Shown here: piece after piece, positions 1 to 12,636 of the stretch
Numbering within the stretch: the first letter of the stretch is position 1
How the letters are laid out: each line of letters starts with the position of its first letter
NCBI RefSeq assembly: GCF_006345805.1
Contig: NC_042998.1
Coordinates: forward strand, 48,732,001 to 48,796,000
Origin: Octopus sinensis
Lineage: Eukaryota
Direction: 5' to 3'
DNA length: 64,000 nucleotides
Translations under genes and position numbers: made by a program
The notes under the pieces: generated by a model
The model's input: only the letters and a program-made list of their open reading frames with translations
Told to the model about the DNA's origin: nothing
Databases searched by the model: none

Positions 1-116
1 GTCATAACTGTGTTTCCTTTATCATTACATTGCAAAACTCGGACCCGAAATGTAACAATATTTTGCTTTGGCAAAGTTGAAAAAAGTTGGTTGCCTTAAT
101 TCTGGGACACCCTGTA
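1..116. mobile_element. Right end of a Tc1/mariner-type element or MITE (rest lies left of the window)
   Basis: Ends in TTCTGGGACACCCTG followed by TA, the reverse complement of a typical Tc1/mariner terminus (TA)CAGGGTGTCCCAG; no partner TIR visible in the window. Confidence 0.45.
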
Positions 117-744
117 TATGATCCCAGGTGTATGTTCGTAAGAACTAGAAATAAATCTTTCGAAAAGCAAATTCATGGTTGAAATTAACTTGCTCATTTC
201 AACCATGGAATAGAATTTTGGGCATGCAGAAGATATATGCCCAAGATGCCAATCTGTGTGACCGAACCCACAAACACTCGGCTGGGAAGCGAACTTCTTG
301 ATTATGTATAAAATATTCTGGGAAAATTTCATAAAACTCGGTAACATATTTCTGAAGGTTGCAATAATTTTGTCGGTTACAATCTTTATGACGTCTCAAA
401 CCCAACTGAACATAGTAAAATATGCATGAACATTAATTTATAAAATAGAAGTCTTTCGTTTAAATGACAGCGTACATATTTGATCATATCAATATATTTG
501 TGCAAGGATCGCTGATACGTATACTGTTATCGTTGAGACATTATGCCCATGACTATGGCACCAATAAACTCGTAAACATAACCTTGTATCTATTTCTTCT
601 TCGGCATTTTCTTCAAATTCCCTAAATGGAGGTTCACACCGTAAGAGACATCTTGCACCCAATACAAGTTAGTCCAGCATTCGCAATTGGTGTCTAAACG
701 TTTGAGATGAAACGCTTAACTAAATTCAGTATTACTTCTAGTGA

Positions 745-1219
745 CAAGGCGGTAAGCAGGCAGAATCGTTAGCACACCAGACAAAATGCTTAGCGGCGTT
801 TCGTCCGTCCTTATGTTCTGAGCTCCAATTTTGCCGGTGTCGACATTACCTTTCATCTTTTGGGATGTAATCGACTTACCCCCACCACCGAAATTGCTGA
901 CCTTGTGCCGAAATTTGAAACATTGAGCGATGGCGGTGAGCTGACAGAAATTGTTAGCACACCAAGTAAAATAGTTTACTGGTATTTCATCACTCCTTAC
1001 GTTTTGAGCTCAAATTCCGCTGAGGTCGACTTAGCCTTTTATCTTTTCAGACTCGATAAAATAAATACCATTTGAGAACTGACATGGATGTAATCGGTTC
1101 TCCCTGCCCCGAATTTGTTGGTCTTGAGCCAAAATTTGAGACCATTATTACAAGCTATAAAGTGGCGAGTAGGCAGAATAGTTAGCAAGTCACCTGAGGA
1201 AACATATCTGCATATACGA
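745..1219 (+). mobile_element. Cluster of 2-3 degraded SINE family B copies
   Basis: Head GGCGGTAAGCAGGCAGAATCGTTAGCAC and body GGTCGAC(A/T)T(T/A)(A/G)CCTTT(C/T)ATC, matching the cleaner copies at 12637 and 47118. Confidence 0.75.
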
Positions 1220-1298
1220 TGTGTTTCTACCTGATGTTAACAACAGCATGGAGGTATATGCCACTGGATTTACTTCAGGAATTCCTTTATGTCTGTAG

Positions 1299-1385
1299 AG
1301 TTTATAAAAATATGAGGAAGAAAATGAAATTCACGAGACGCTTTATTCACTACGATCGTTTCGACCCATCGTTCACCGGTGCCTC
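1299..1385 (+). CDS. Candidate 87-nt internal exon (phase 2-2), product unidentified: VYKNMRKKMKFTRRFIHYDRFDPSFTGAS
   Basis: Acceptor ttcctttatgtctgtAG, donor ctc|GTAAGT, length a multiple of 3, one open frame; no homology recognised, and an overlapping minus-strand frame is also open. Confidence 0.25.
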
Positions 1386-1419
1386 GTAAGTAAGATGCTC
1401 TACAAACAGTCGTGGTGCT

Positions 1420-1677
1420 TCGTATATGCAGATGTGTTTCCTCAGGCGGCTTGCTAACTATTCTGCCTGCTCGCCACTTTATAGCTTGTAATAATGGTCT
1501 CAAATTTTGGCTCACGGTCAACAAATTCGGGGCAGGGAGGATAACCGATTACATCCATCCTAGTTCTCAATTGGTATTTATTTTATCGAGCCCGAAAAGA
1601 TAAAAGGCAAAGTCGACCTCACCGGAATTTGAATACAGGATGTAGAAACTGACTAAATACCGCTAAGCATTTTTGGG

Positions 1678-1680
<3 letters not shown>
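1420..1680 (-). mobile_element. SINE family B copy; second arm of a local inverted duplication
   Basis: 1420-1631 is the reverse complement of 1011-1219, including non-consensus bases. Confidence 0.75.
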
Positions 1681-1712
<32 letters not shown>

Positions 1713-1900
1713 GTAAATGTCGAACGATGAAAATGAGTGCTCAACACTACATTGGAGGACATAAAATTCGTTATTTGTGAATTAAAACTACCATTGTTGT
1801 CATCTTAAGAAAAGTAGGAAAATATCATATTGCCTTAACAATTTATCAAGCCGGCCACATAGAGTAAGGTGCGTGCCTTCATTTTAGAAAACACAGTATG

Positions 1901-1954
<54 letters not shown>

Positions 1955-1955
<1 letters not shown>

Positions 1956-2884
1956 CAGGGCGAGTAAAAAGTAAGCAACATTTTGAAACATGAAATTCAT
2001 CACGATAAATTTCAACAATGCAAAAATTTTATTCTTCATAGTAAGTACCATTACAATCAACGTATTTTTGCCAACGAGTTACAAGTTGGTTTATTCCGGT
2101 AGCGTAAAAGTGGGAGTTCTTGAGCTGATGAACTCTTTGAACGCACTTTCAGCATCGGTTTGATTTTTGAACTCATTCTCTAGCAGGAAACCATCAAGAT
2201 GCTTTCAAAAAGTGATAGTCGGTAGGGGAAAGGTCAGGGTGATATGTTGGGTGGGGAAGAATTTTGTAACCAAGTTCCCTCAACCTCTGGAGCGTCATTC
2301 GGGAAAAGGGTGGTCCAGAAGCGACGAGCAAATTTCATATCTGTGCATTTTCTGATTTTCATTCAAATCGCGTGGGACCTATTTGTCGAGCATTTTTATT
2401 TTCCAATCTCACGCAAATGATTGCAGGCAGATTTTTTGCTAACTTAACGTACTTTTACCAGGTTTTACGTGGATCTTTCTCAATGACGGTCTTTAATTGA
2501 CAGTCATCGATGACAGATGGGCGTCCACTATGCTCATGGTCTACAAGACTCATGTCCTCACTGCGAAATCGTTTAAACCCTTTTCTAGCTGACCGCTCAC
2601 TGGTCATTTCCTCACCAAACGTTTTGTTGATATCGCGAGCAGTTTCAGCTATTTTATGTCCTTTAGCAAAATTGCTCGAGTATCGCGCTTTGATAGTTCC
2701 ATTACAGATGATTGCAACGACGGTGAAAAAAGCATCAATGTTAATTTATTGATGCATTTGGGCAAGTCTATGTCTATATTATCAGACAATTTTTTTTTAA
2801 ATGTTTAAAAAAATTCAAAACTCTGCAAAAAGATACACATTTTTTCCTTGATTCAAAACGTTGCTTACTTTTCACCCAGCCTGA
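1955..2884 (-). mobile_element. Internally deleted mariner (DD34D-type) element with both TIRs
   Basis: TIR pair TCAGGGCGAGTAAAAAGTAAGCAACATTTTGAA / TTCAAAACGTTGCTTACTTTTCACCCAGCCTGA with TA on the left; minus-strand remnants GRPSVIDD (N-terminal) and LPHPTYHPDLSPTDYHFL...TRWQKYVDCNGTYYE* (C-terminal); stops and a large central deletion. Confidence 0.85.
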
Positions 2885-2885
2885 C

Positions 2886-2888
2886 ATA

Positions 2889-2966
<78 letters not shown>

Positions 2967-3095
2967 TTGTGTGTGTGTGTGTGGTTTGTGTGTGTGTGTG
3001 TATGGGTGTGGAGCAAGTATGTATGTGTATATATATATACATATATATATACATATATCTATATCATATATATATATATACATACATATATATAT

Positions 3096-3177
<82 letters not shown>

Positions 3178-4080
3178 GGCATTGACTAAGGAAGAATCAG
3201 CTGCGAAATTTTGTATATCATGTTTTCTATGTTATGTTTTCGTTAAATTTTTCTCTTCTTCACCCCTTGATATATATATATATACAAACAACAAGATGAA
3301 AAGGCAGCCTTCTGTGCTGCCTGGTCGAGCTACTGTTTTTTGTATTACACATGATCAACATAGTATGCTTATCAATGTATTTGTTTATACCATGTTTCTA
3401 TATAATGAGGAAAAATTGTAATTGATAGAAAAGGAGCAAAATTATTTTAATTACTGGCATTCAATGTAAGTTTTTGCTTCAATGTAATCAATTAAATTAG
3501 CTTAATTTGGCTATATCGTCCATTATCTCGAGAATAAAATAGAAGCTTGTCTAACATTTATAGACGCGCACACACAAACGTTTATAAACAAACACACACA
3601 AAGCACAAACACGCATATAAATATGTACATATGTGTATATATATACATATATAATATATATATACACACACATATATATATATATACATATATATACATA
3701 CATACACACACACGCACATATATATATGCTTGTGTGTATATTGTATATACATACATATATTTACATGTATCTACATATAATCATACATATACGTACATAT
3801 TTATATATATCTAAACGTATATGTATACATATATATGTTTCTATTTGTATACCTATGTATGTATTTAAACATGTATAAACGTACATATATGTATGCATGT
3901 AACCATGTATGTATATGTACACCCACTCATATACATACACACACCTGCACATATCTATATACGTACGCACATATATGTATATATGTACATACATATACAT
4001 ATGCATATATATGGAATGTATTGATATACATACATACATGCATACACATATACATATACGCATGCACACACACACACTTA
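2886..4080. repeat. Compound (TG)n/(TA)n/(CA)n microsatellites and degenerate TA/CA-rich low-complexity DNA (one example of dozens of such tracts in the window)
   Basis: Directly visible dinucleotide arrays. Confidence 0.95.
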
Positions 4081-5789
4081 TATATAACTTTATGAACCAT
4101 GTATGCGATCACCGCATATTTGATTTTCCTATCGCAGAATATCAGAGAACCTTCCTTCACGAACACCTCCTGCTTGCTATCCACTAAATTATTTATTATA
4201 CTTCTACCACTATCCATTATCTATATTGCTATTACGTAAACGAAAATACTTCCATGCATTTTTCTACTGCAATAAAGAATTATACATCCGCCACAGAGTT
4301 ATTAATCTTCGGTGAGATTCTTCACCATTTTGTATTAAAACGATTGATCGGTTTCTATCTCTAATGATACATTGAACATTATTCCTAAACGTAACAATAT
4401 CCTTTGATATTATTAAAATAAAAAGAAAAAAAAAGGAGAGTTTACAGTGGTAAACTTTTACTTCAAAATTTCGTTACAGTGTGTTGGCAATTATTGGTGT
4501 TTCATTTTCATTTCATCCTATATGCCAGTTTTGTTTTTGCGAGCAATTTGTTTTCTGTTGCTTTTTGTTTTCGTTTTGTTTTTTATCTTTATAGGAAGAC
4601 CTTAAAATGCAAGCTAAGCTCTTGGCGATCCGAGTGCATGATTTCATATAGAAATCGCTTTCATGTTCGATTCCTTAGCACAGAGTATATAATTTTTTTT
4701 CTTCAAAAAATCCTTGTGTGTTGTGCCATAAAATAGAGAAGCGTGTCGATATATTGTTGTTGTTACTTTTGGAATTTTTTGTTATTGTTCTCGGTGTCCT
4801 TTTCTTTTCTATTTCATATTTTATTTATTTCTCACTGTTGTTTATCTACCAGGTAAACTCTGGTCGAGTATACCTATAATCAAAGGGAAATAGTCCGTGA
4901 TCATCAAGTGTTTTGTATATGAAAGACTATATTATCCAATGGGCAGAACGGTACAGCCTACTGTTTCCCAACCAATTTTCCTCTAAGTTCCCACTATAAG
5001 TGCACAACTTATACATTCGAATATACCCACGGGAAAAAAAATCTCTGATGAACTACGATAGCAATCTATTGGACACACTGATCCGCAAACTCTTAGAACT
5101 ACACTCTGAACAACTTCATCAACTGAAAGTTGAGCTAAAATTCTGTAACGTTTCCCCTACCATGCAAGGACGCTTTTTTTTTTAGATTGAGACTGGACAC
5201 AAAATTTCGAAATGACTGATCTTACTCAAATTAGCTTCAATCAATAGTTACCACCAATGCCTTTTCATTCCTCATCAATATTCCTAACTTTCCTAACCCT
5301 GGAAATGAATGTGTTGATAGGATTGCGAGAAAAATATTCATTGCTCTCAAAATCCCTTGTTTAACACACTTCTCTTTATCTCAGTCATTATCAGGCATTA
5401 ATAGTTTGTATGAAGTATGAATTATTCTAAATGGATATCGGCTATTAAAAATTTCAGGTAATACCCGTCTAAATTTTCATCAGAATTGGCCTAATTTTAT
5501 TATCATCTTTTTATTTTGGAATATGTTTTACAAAATTAGCGTATGCAAATGAACATTATGAACATTATTTGTCTGATGATATCAGTCGTTTAGCGTGGAA
5601 CAGATAAAATCCTTTAAATGTAACCGTATTTTGTGATTCATAGGAAAACAGAAGCCATTTGTTATTAATTGAAACATTTATGGATGGGTGGAATAAATGA
5701 CAGGCTGAAAAACTAGGATTCAACCATTTAATTTTAAATAATATTGATTTATGAAATGTGTACAAGGTCACAGATTTTCCAGGAGACGT

Positions 5790-6085
5790 GTAGTCATTAT
5801 ATCGACTCCAGTACTTGATTTATTTCATCGACTCCGCTGGAATTTCAAGTCAGAACATAAAGAACTTTCATGAAATACTGCAATAATATCTTCCCCACCA
5901 AGCTACCGGTTTTACCAACCATCATTCTGGTTTTACAGTAATATTGTCTAACATAGGCAGAAGGGCAGGAATTTTGAGAAAAGAGTAATCCAGTACTTGA
6001 CTGGGACTTTATTTTTTCGACAAGGAGGCATAAACGACGAAATCTACACTGGAGATTTTGAACTCAGGACGTAAAGGTTCGTAAC

Positions 6086-6133
<48 letters not shown>

Positions 6134-6650
6134 CGGAATGTTATCAGACACTCAAACGATTCTGCCAATTTATCACTCAAATTTTTTTAATGCAATAATA
6201 TTGGTTTCAAATTTTGGCACAAGGCGGTTAAGTTCAGAGGAGGGATCCAAGTCGATTAAATCGACTCCAGTGCTCAACTGGTATTTGTTTTATCAACCCA
6301 GAAAGGGATGAAAGTCAAAGTCAACCTTGGCGGAATTTGAACTCAGAAGGTAGAAACGGACAAAATACTGCTAAGCAGCTTGCCCAGTGTGCTAACGATT
6401 CTGCCAGCTCGCCGCATATTTTTTATGTAATAATATTGATTTCAAATTTCGGCACCAGACCAGTAATTTCGCAGGGAGGTGTTAAGTCGGTTACATCGGC
6501 TCCAGTGTGCAACTAGTACTTATTTTATCGAACTCGAAAGGATGAAAGGCAAAGTTAAACTCGGCGGAATTTGAACTCAGAAAGCAGAGACGAACGAAAT
6601 ACTGCTAAGAAATTTGCTCAGCATGCTAACAATTCTGCCAGCTCACCACC
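5790..6650 (-). mobile_element. Several degraded SINE family B copies in tandem orientation
   Basis: Repeated GATGAAAGGCAAAGT..ACTCGGCGGAATTTGAACTCAGAA...GCTAAC.ATTCTGCCAGCTC.CC motifs. Confidence 0.75.
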
Positions 6651-7094
6651 TATTTTTTATGTAATAATAGATATATGTTCTCTGTATATTGCGAAGAAAA
6701 TTAGAAACTTGTCTATGGTCAAAACCGAAAATGCAAAACGTGTATAGCTCGATTGTTCCTTATAGAACATCTAGTAACTCAATATAATTCATTTATAGGC
6801 TATATATATATATATATATACACATTTATTGGTTTACATGTGTTTGTATGTTCGTGCGCACGATAGCCTATCTGCATACGTTGGTATTTAATATACCTAA
6901 ATCGATTAAGAAGTTGTCAACAATCGCTACAACGAAACACTTCAATCATAAAGCTGCCAAGCACAGAGATGTAAATTTATTGACGTTGTACCGCTCTTTA
7001 GAACAATAACTATATCCCGCATTTTCCTTTAGCCCGCTTTATTAAAAATATTATATAACAGATTACACGTTATTGAGAGAAATGATAACTCTCT

Positions 7095-7300
7095 AATTTT
7101 GACACAAGGCCAGTAATCTTTGAGAGCAGGGGAAGTCAAATTCATCGACCCCTATGCTCAACTGGTACTTTACTGTATCGATCTCGAAAGGATAAAAGCC
7201 AATCGACCTCAGCAGCAGTTGAACTCAAAACGTAAAGAAGCAGATGAAATGCCGGTAAGCATTTTGCCCGTTGTGTTGACGATTCTTCCAGCTCTCTGCA
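7095..7300 (-). mobile_element. Degraded SINE family B copy
   Basis: Same motifs as the other family B copies. Confidence 0.65.
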
Positions 7301-7340
7301 TTACCAAGAGAAATAATGACACAGTTATTCTGGATTTAAA

Positions 7341-7755
7341 GGAGTGGCTGTGTGGTAAGTAGCTTGATAACCAGCCACATGGTTCCGGGTTCAGTCCCAC
7401 TGCGTGGCATCTTGGGCAAGTGTCTTCTGCTATAGCCCCGGGCCGACCAATGCCTTGTGAGTGGATTTGGTTGACGGAAACCGAAAGAAGCCTGTCGTAT
7501 ATATGTATATATATGTATATGTATGTTTGTGTGTGTGTGTGTGTGTGGTGTGTGTGTGTGTTGTCCCCCTAGCATTGCTTGACAACCGATGCTGGTGTGT
7601 TTACGTCCCCGTCACTTAGCTGTTCGGCAAAAGAGACCGATAGAATAAGTACTGGGCTTACAAAGAATAAGTCCCGGGGTCGATTTGCTCGACTAAAGGC
7701 GGTGCTCCAGCATGGCCGCAGTCAAATGACTGAAACAAGTAAAAAGAGTAAAAAG
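7341..7755 (+). mobile_element. Full-length SINE family A (tRNA-like head, CORE-like TTGGGCAAGTGTCTT segment, internal TA/TG microsatellite)
   Basis: Head GGAGTGGCTGTGTGGTAAGTAGC...GGTTCAGTCCC with A/B-box-like motifs; tail TGACTGAAACAAGTAAAAAGAG; many homologous copies in the window. Confidence 0.85.
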
Positions 7756-8052
7756 AGTATACTATCAGAGTATTAGTGACCAAGTGAATGAGTAGGGAGG
7801 TGAAGATAATTAAAAATCAAAAGTTGTTAGCTTCTGTATCCTGTCTCTTCTCCGTAATGTTGGATAAATTATTGAAATTTGAAAGCATATTCTATTCTTT
7901 TTTTTAATATGAGTTTGCCCATCCCCATTTTCTAAAACACAAAGCGTATCCTCATAGTCCACTTGTACTAATGGATAATAGAAATAACTTATTAAGTAGG
8001 TCAATAGACTTTAATTATAATACGTGCGTGTGTGTTGGAGAGAGTTTGGTGA

Positions 8053-8708
8053 GGTACAAGGGTGTATGAAAAGTCTTGAGTCCCACTAAAAAACAAAACA
8101 TGGTACAAGGGTGTATGAAAAGTCTTGAGTCCCACTAAAAAACAAAACATGGTACAAGGGTGTATGAAAAGTCTTGAGTCCCACTAAAAAACAAAACATG
8201 GTACAAGGGTGTATGAAAAGTCTTGAGTCCCACTAAAAAACAAAACATGGTACAAGGGTGTATGAAAAGTCTTGAGTCCCACTAAAAAACAAAACATGGT
8301 ACAAGGGTGTATGAAAAGTCTTGAGTCCCACTAAAAAACAAAACATGGTACAAGGGTGTATGAAAAGTCTTGAGTCCCACTAAAAAACAAAACATGGTAC
8401 AAGGGTGTATGAAAAGTCTTGAGTCCCACTAAAAAACAAAACATGGTACAAGGGTGTATGAAAAGTCTGAGTCCCACTAAAAAACAAAACATGGTACAAG
8501 GGTGTATGAAAAGTCTTGAGTCCCACTAAAAAACAAAACATGTACAAGGTGTATGAAAAGTCTTGAGTCCCACTAAAAAACACAACATGGTACAAGGTAT
8601 GAAGGGTGTATGAAAAGTCTTGAGTCCCACTAAAAAACCAAACATGGTACAAGTCTTCTGATGGAGGTACAAGACTTCAAGGCACAAAACTTTTCATACA
8701 CCCCTCGT
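8053..8708. repeat. 49-bp tandem array (12 units) derived from the left end of a mariner-type MITE, closed by one right TIR
   Basis: Unit GGTACAAGGGTGTATGAAAAGTCTTGAGTCCCACTAAAAAACAAAACAT starting at 8053, 8102, 8151 and so on to 8589; ACTTTTCATACACCCCTCGT at 8689-8708 is the inverted copy of the unit start. Confidence 0.85.
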
Positions 8709-8742
8709 GTGTGTATATATATATATTATATATAGATAGATA

Positions 8743-8932
8743 CTTTATTTAAAAGCAGCAGAAATTCAACAAAACCTGTTACTCGGAGTTTCGCGTTCCC
8801 GTTTTCTCAACGGAACGTGAAACTCAGGTTTTGTTGAATTTCTGCTGCTTTTAAATAAAGCATATTATTACTCTACCCCTGGTATTTGAGTACTTTTTTT
8901 CCACCTTGTTTCACATTTATGTGTTTACTCCG

Positions 8933-8935
<3 letters not shown>
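8743..8935. mobile_element. Penelope-like terminal sequence with an inverted tail (about 118-nt foldback)
   Basis: Perfect 36-bp inverted repeat 8743-8778/8825-8860 plus an inner IR; the minus strand carries the 3' half of a hammerhead (ACGGGAACGC GAAA CTCCGA GTA ACAG). Confidence 0.5.
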
Positions 8936-8997
<62 letters not shown>

Positions 8998-9146
8998 ATA
9001 TATATATAGATATATATATATATATAACGGGAAGCTTTATGAAAATAAACTAAAGACGAAGGCAGGTGGAATACAAACAAACAATTGTATTAGTATGGCG
9101 CTCAGGAATATAAATAATATATAGATAGATAGATAGATAGATAGAG

Positions 9147-9177
<31 letters not shown>

Positions 9178-9258
9178 GATAGATAGATAGATATAGATAT
9201 ATATGTACGTATGTATGTATGTATGTATGTATGTATGTATGTGTGTGTATGTGTGTGT

Positions 9259-9293
<35 letters not shown>

Positions 9294-9304
9294 ATGAGTA
9301 TATG

Positions 9305-10015
9305 GATGACAACCAGCTTGACATGAATTCTTCAGTGATGAGGCTTGGATTCGCCTCTCGGGATACCTAAATTCGCAAAACACTCGCATCTGGAGTGCTC
9401 TCAATCCTCATAAGTTTGTCGAATCACCCTCACATGCAGTGAAGATTGGTGTATGGATGGCTATCATCAGGTGAAGAATAGTAGGACCGAATTTTTTCCC
9501 CAAAAGACCTTGAATTCAGAACGTTATTGTGAGATAATTGTTCAGTGTGTTGAGCAGCTAACTGAGAATGAAAAAGTAACGCATAGCTTCAACAGGACTC
9601 AACAACATGTCATGTTAGCAACCACACTTTGTTTCACTTACGACAAACTTTTGAACACAAGTTGATCACCCAGATCGCCAGACTTAACGCCTCTCGATTT
9701 CTTTTTATTCGGCTATATCAAGGACGCTGTGTTTGCAAGGAATCCGCATACACTTGATGAACTGTGTACGGATATTACTGATATTGTCCAAAATATCACA
9801 CGTGAAATTTTGATTAACGTGTTCCAGAACAAGCATCGTCGTGTTGACTTATGTCTGCAACGTGGCGGCCAACAATTTCAACATCTTTTGTAACCAGTTT
9901 AACGTTGTAACTTTTAAATGAGCATTTTAATAAAAGTAGGTTTGTCCATAATATTGCACGTTCTTTATAACTATTAATAAATACAATTAAGTCAACTTTT
10001 AAATTGAACACCCTG
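9305..10015 (+). mobile_element. 5'-truncated Tc1/mariner transposase pseudogene, rosa/DD41D-like, with right TIR
   Basis: FFSDEAWIRLSGYLNSQNTRIW, QQDSTTCH, RSPDLTPLDFFLFGYIKD...QQFQHLL*; ends AATTGAACACCCTG. A deletion between the 2nd and 3rd Asp prevents counting the spacing. Confidence 0.75.
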
Positions 10016-10024
10016 CATATATAT

Positions 10025-10062
<38 letters not shown>

Positions 10063-10188
10063 CTATATATATATATATATAGTTAATCCAAACAAGAAAA
10101 AGAGAAAAAAAAAGAGAAAAAAAACACACCAACGCAGGACGTGGAACAATTAAAGTATTATTGACGCTCAAGAAAGAAGGGAAGGAGG

Positions 10189-10223
10189 GTTTAACGTTTC
10201 GAGCAGAGCTCTTCGTCGGAAAC
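10189..10223 (-). ncRNA. Minimal type I hammerhead ribozyme motif (core variant CCGACGA) in a short Penelope-like unit (about 10081-10240)
   Basis: Minus strand GUUU CCGACGAA GAGC-UCU-GCUC GAAA CG UU AAAC: stem I GUUU/AAAC, stem II GAGC/GCUC, palindromic stem III ACGU. Confidence 0.55.
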
Positions 10224-10724
10224 AAGGAGAAGGAAAGATCTCAGTGTGTGTGTGTGTGTGTATCCCTCATGCATGTAAGCATTATCAATATTTTCAGCTT
10301 TTTTTCTGGATAGAAAATCACTGAACGTTCATTATTTTACTTCTTACGGTGTCTCGTTGTAGTACAGAAAAACTCATTAGAATGAATGTAAAATAATCTG
10401 ACGTAATTTATGATGAAGGTGTATGGATTTCATATAACAATTTCATAAATAGTAATGATGCTCAAAGTAACATCATCTCATTATTTCATTCACAAGACAC
10501 ACTGAAATTATTTCAGCGAGACACGAACTCACGGTCCGGAAATATAGCATTATATCTACTCTATCTCTTCTGACGTGGTATATCTCATATATCACTGTGT
10601 TGTGACACACTCAGTGTGTGATATTCTTATTTTTGATAAAGTATTAACCATATTAGATATCAGAATGACATGGGCAGCAAAGCAGTTATTCCATTATTGT
10701 TTCTTGAACGCATGTACACACACA

Positions 10725-10773
<49 letters not shown>

Positions 10774-10947
10774 ACACACACACACACACAATACATACAC
10801 ACATACGCACATACGCATACGCACGTACACTCACGCATGCATACACACACACACATGCACATATATACTGATGTGTTAGCGTCTTTATCTGATCTGTGTG
10901 TGCGCGTGCAAAGACGACATAACATTTTTAACTTGTATACATACATA

Positions 10948-11028
<81 letters not shown>

Positions 11029-11250
11029 CAGTTTGTGATATCTGTATACAGAAAGAGAGGTAGGGAAGAGGAGGGAGCGAAAGAAAGACAGAGAGAAAGA
11101 AAGAAAAAGAAAGAAGGAAAGGAAGAATAAGAGAGGGACAGGTGGAAGCCGACTCAATATTAAGATGATTGCTAGTTAATGGAGTTGTAAAATAAAAATT
11201 CCACATACACGCACACATGCACACACATACACACACATACACATATATTA

Positions 11251-11295
<45 letters not shown>

Positions 11296-11354
11296 GTATG
11301 TATGTTTCTTGAACGCATGTACACACACACACACACATACACACACAACACACA

Positions 11355-11385
<31 letters not shown>

Positions 11386-11454
11386 ATACATACACACATA
11401 CGCACATACGCATACGCACGTACACTCACGCATGCATACACACACACACATGCA

Positions 11455-11665
11455 CAATGGCCCAGTGGTTAGGGCAGCGGACTTGCGGTCGGAGGATCGC
11501 GGTTTCGATTCCCAGACCGGGCCTTGTGTGTGTTTATTGAGCGAAAACACCTAAAAGCTCCACGAGGCTCCGGCAGGGGATGGTGGTGATCCCTGCTGTA
11601 CTCTTTCACCACTCTAAAAGGCGGTGCTCCAGCATGGCCGCAATCAAATGACTGAAACAAGTACA
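11455..11665 (+). mobile_element. Chimeric SINE: family C head/body joined to a family A tail
   Basis: GCACAATGGCCCAGTGGTTAGGGCAGCGG...CTCTTTCACCAC, then directly CTAAAAGGCGGTGCTCCAGCATGG...GAAACAAGT. Confidence 0.75.
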
Positions 11666-11782
11666 AATATATATATATATATATATATATATTTATGACG
11701 TATATTTGCCATTTGAATATGGCTAACCCCTAAGGGTGGATGCTTGCTCTGAGATTTATCATTGTTACATATATTTATATAT

Positions 11783-11874
<92 letters not shown>

Positions 11875-12149
11875 CATCTTTCACTTCGTGATATAGCCCT
11901 CTGATTTTCTTTTTGTTTTAATATCTCTATTGAAATAAGTTAAATGTGTGAGCTATCTGATTTCCAGAGAAGACAAAGTGTTGGAGGCCGGATGGCTTGA
12001 ACTTCAGCCACTAAAACTACAGAACTGTTTAGTGTTTCGAAAGGTATAGTCCCTATGCTCATGCTGTTAGTACAAAATCAGAGTAAAGCTAGCTTTAGCA
12101 AGTATGACTCTGGACAGAGGGCAAAGCTCACAGAATAAAGTAAAGCAAA

Positions 12150-12390
12150 GTTTTCTTTCTCGGGTTATACCGACTCATAAGGGCCAGTTTCCTGCTTTGA
12201 TGGCGTATAAATTCTCCACCTGAATGGAACGCGGGTCTGTCGCAGGGATACTAATTTTTGTCAGCTGAGTGGACTGGAGCAATGTGAAATGAAATGTTTT
12301 GCTCGAGAACATAACGCGTCGCCTGAGTCAGGTATCGAAACCACAACTTCACGATCATGAGTCCAACACCCTAACCACTAAGCCACGCGA
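12150..12390 (-). mobile_element. SINE family D copy (CORE-like body)
   Basis: Minus strand GCGTGGCTTAGTGGTTAGGGTGTTGGACTCATGATCGTG...CTCGAGCAAAACATTTCATTTCACATTGCTCCAGTCCACTCAGC. Confidence 0.8.
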
Positions 12391-12636
12391 CTTTTCAAAG
12401 CTCAGAGGAACTGACAATTAGGGGAACACATTGTGCCTAAAAAGAAAAAGTGATGGCAGAGTTAAGCCACCTCCATGCCAACCGTGTGTCAACTAAAACC
12501 ATTTGTTGTGTGCTCACTAAAGCTAGATACCATGTAAGGGCTGAAATTGCTAAACTCTCCTGTCCCAATCCCATATGTGCGGGAAAATGATGTAGACTGC
12601 TAGAAGTGGTCAATAAGCTAGAAGTCGTCAATAAAG

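Noticed and set aside
96-405. Two overlapping minus-strand ORFs
   Set aside because: No recognisable domain; one runs into the transposon TIR
7341-7420. tRNA genes at SINE heads (also 11455, 47118, 48318, 53430)
   Set aside because: A/B-box-like motifs continue into SINE bodies and I could not fold complete cloverleaves
8053-8650. 49-bp periodic array as a CRISPR array
   Set aside because: Units are contiguous and identical with no unique spacers; eukaryotic context; explained by a TIR-derived tandem repeat
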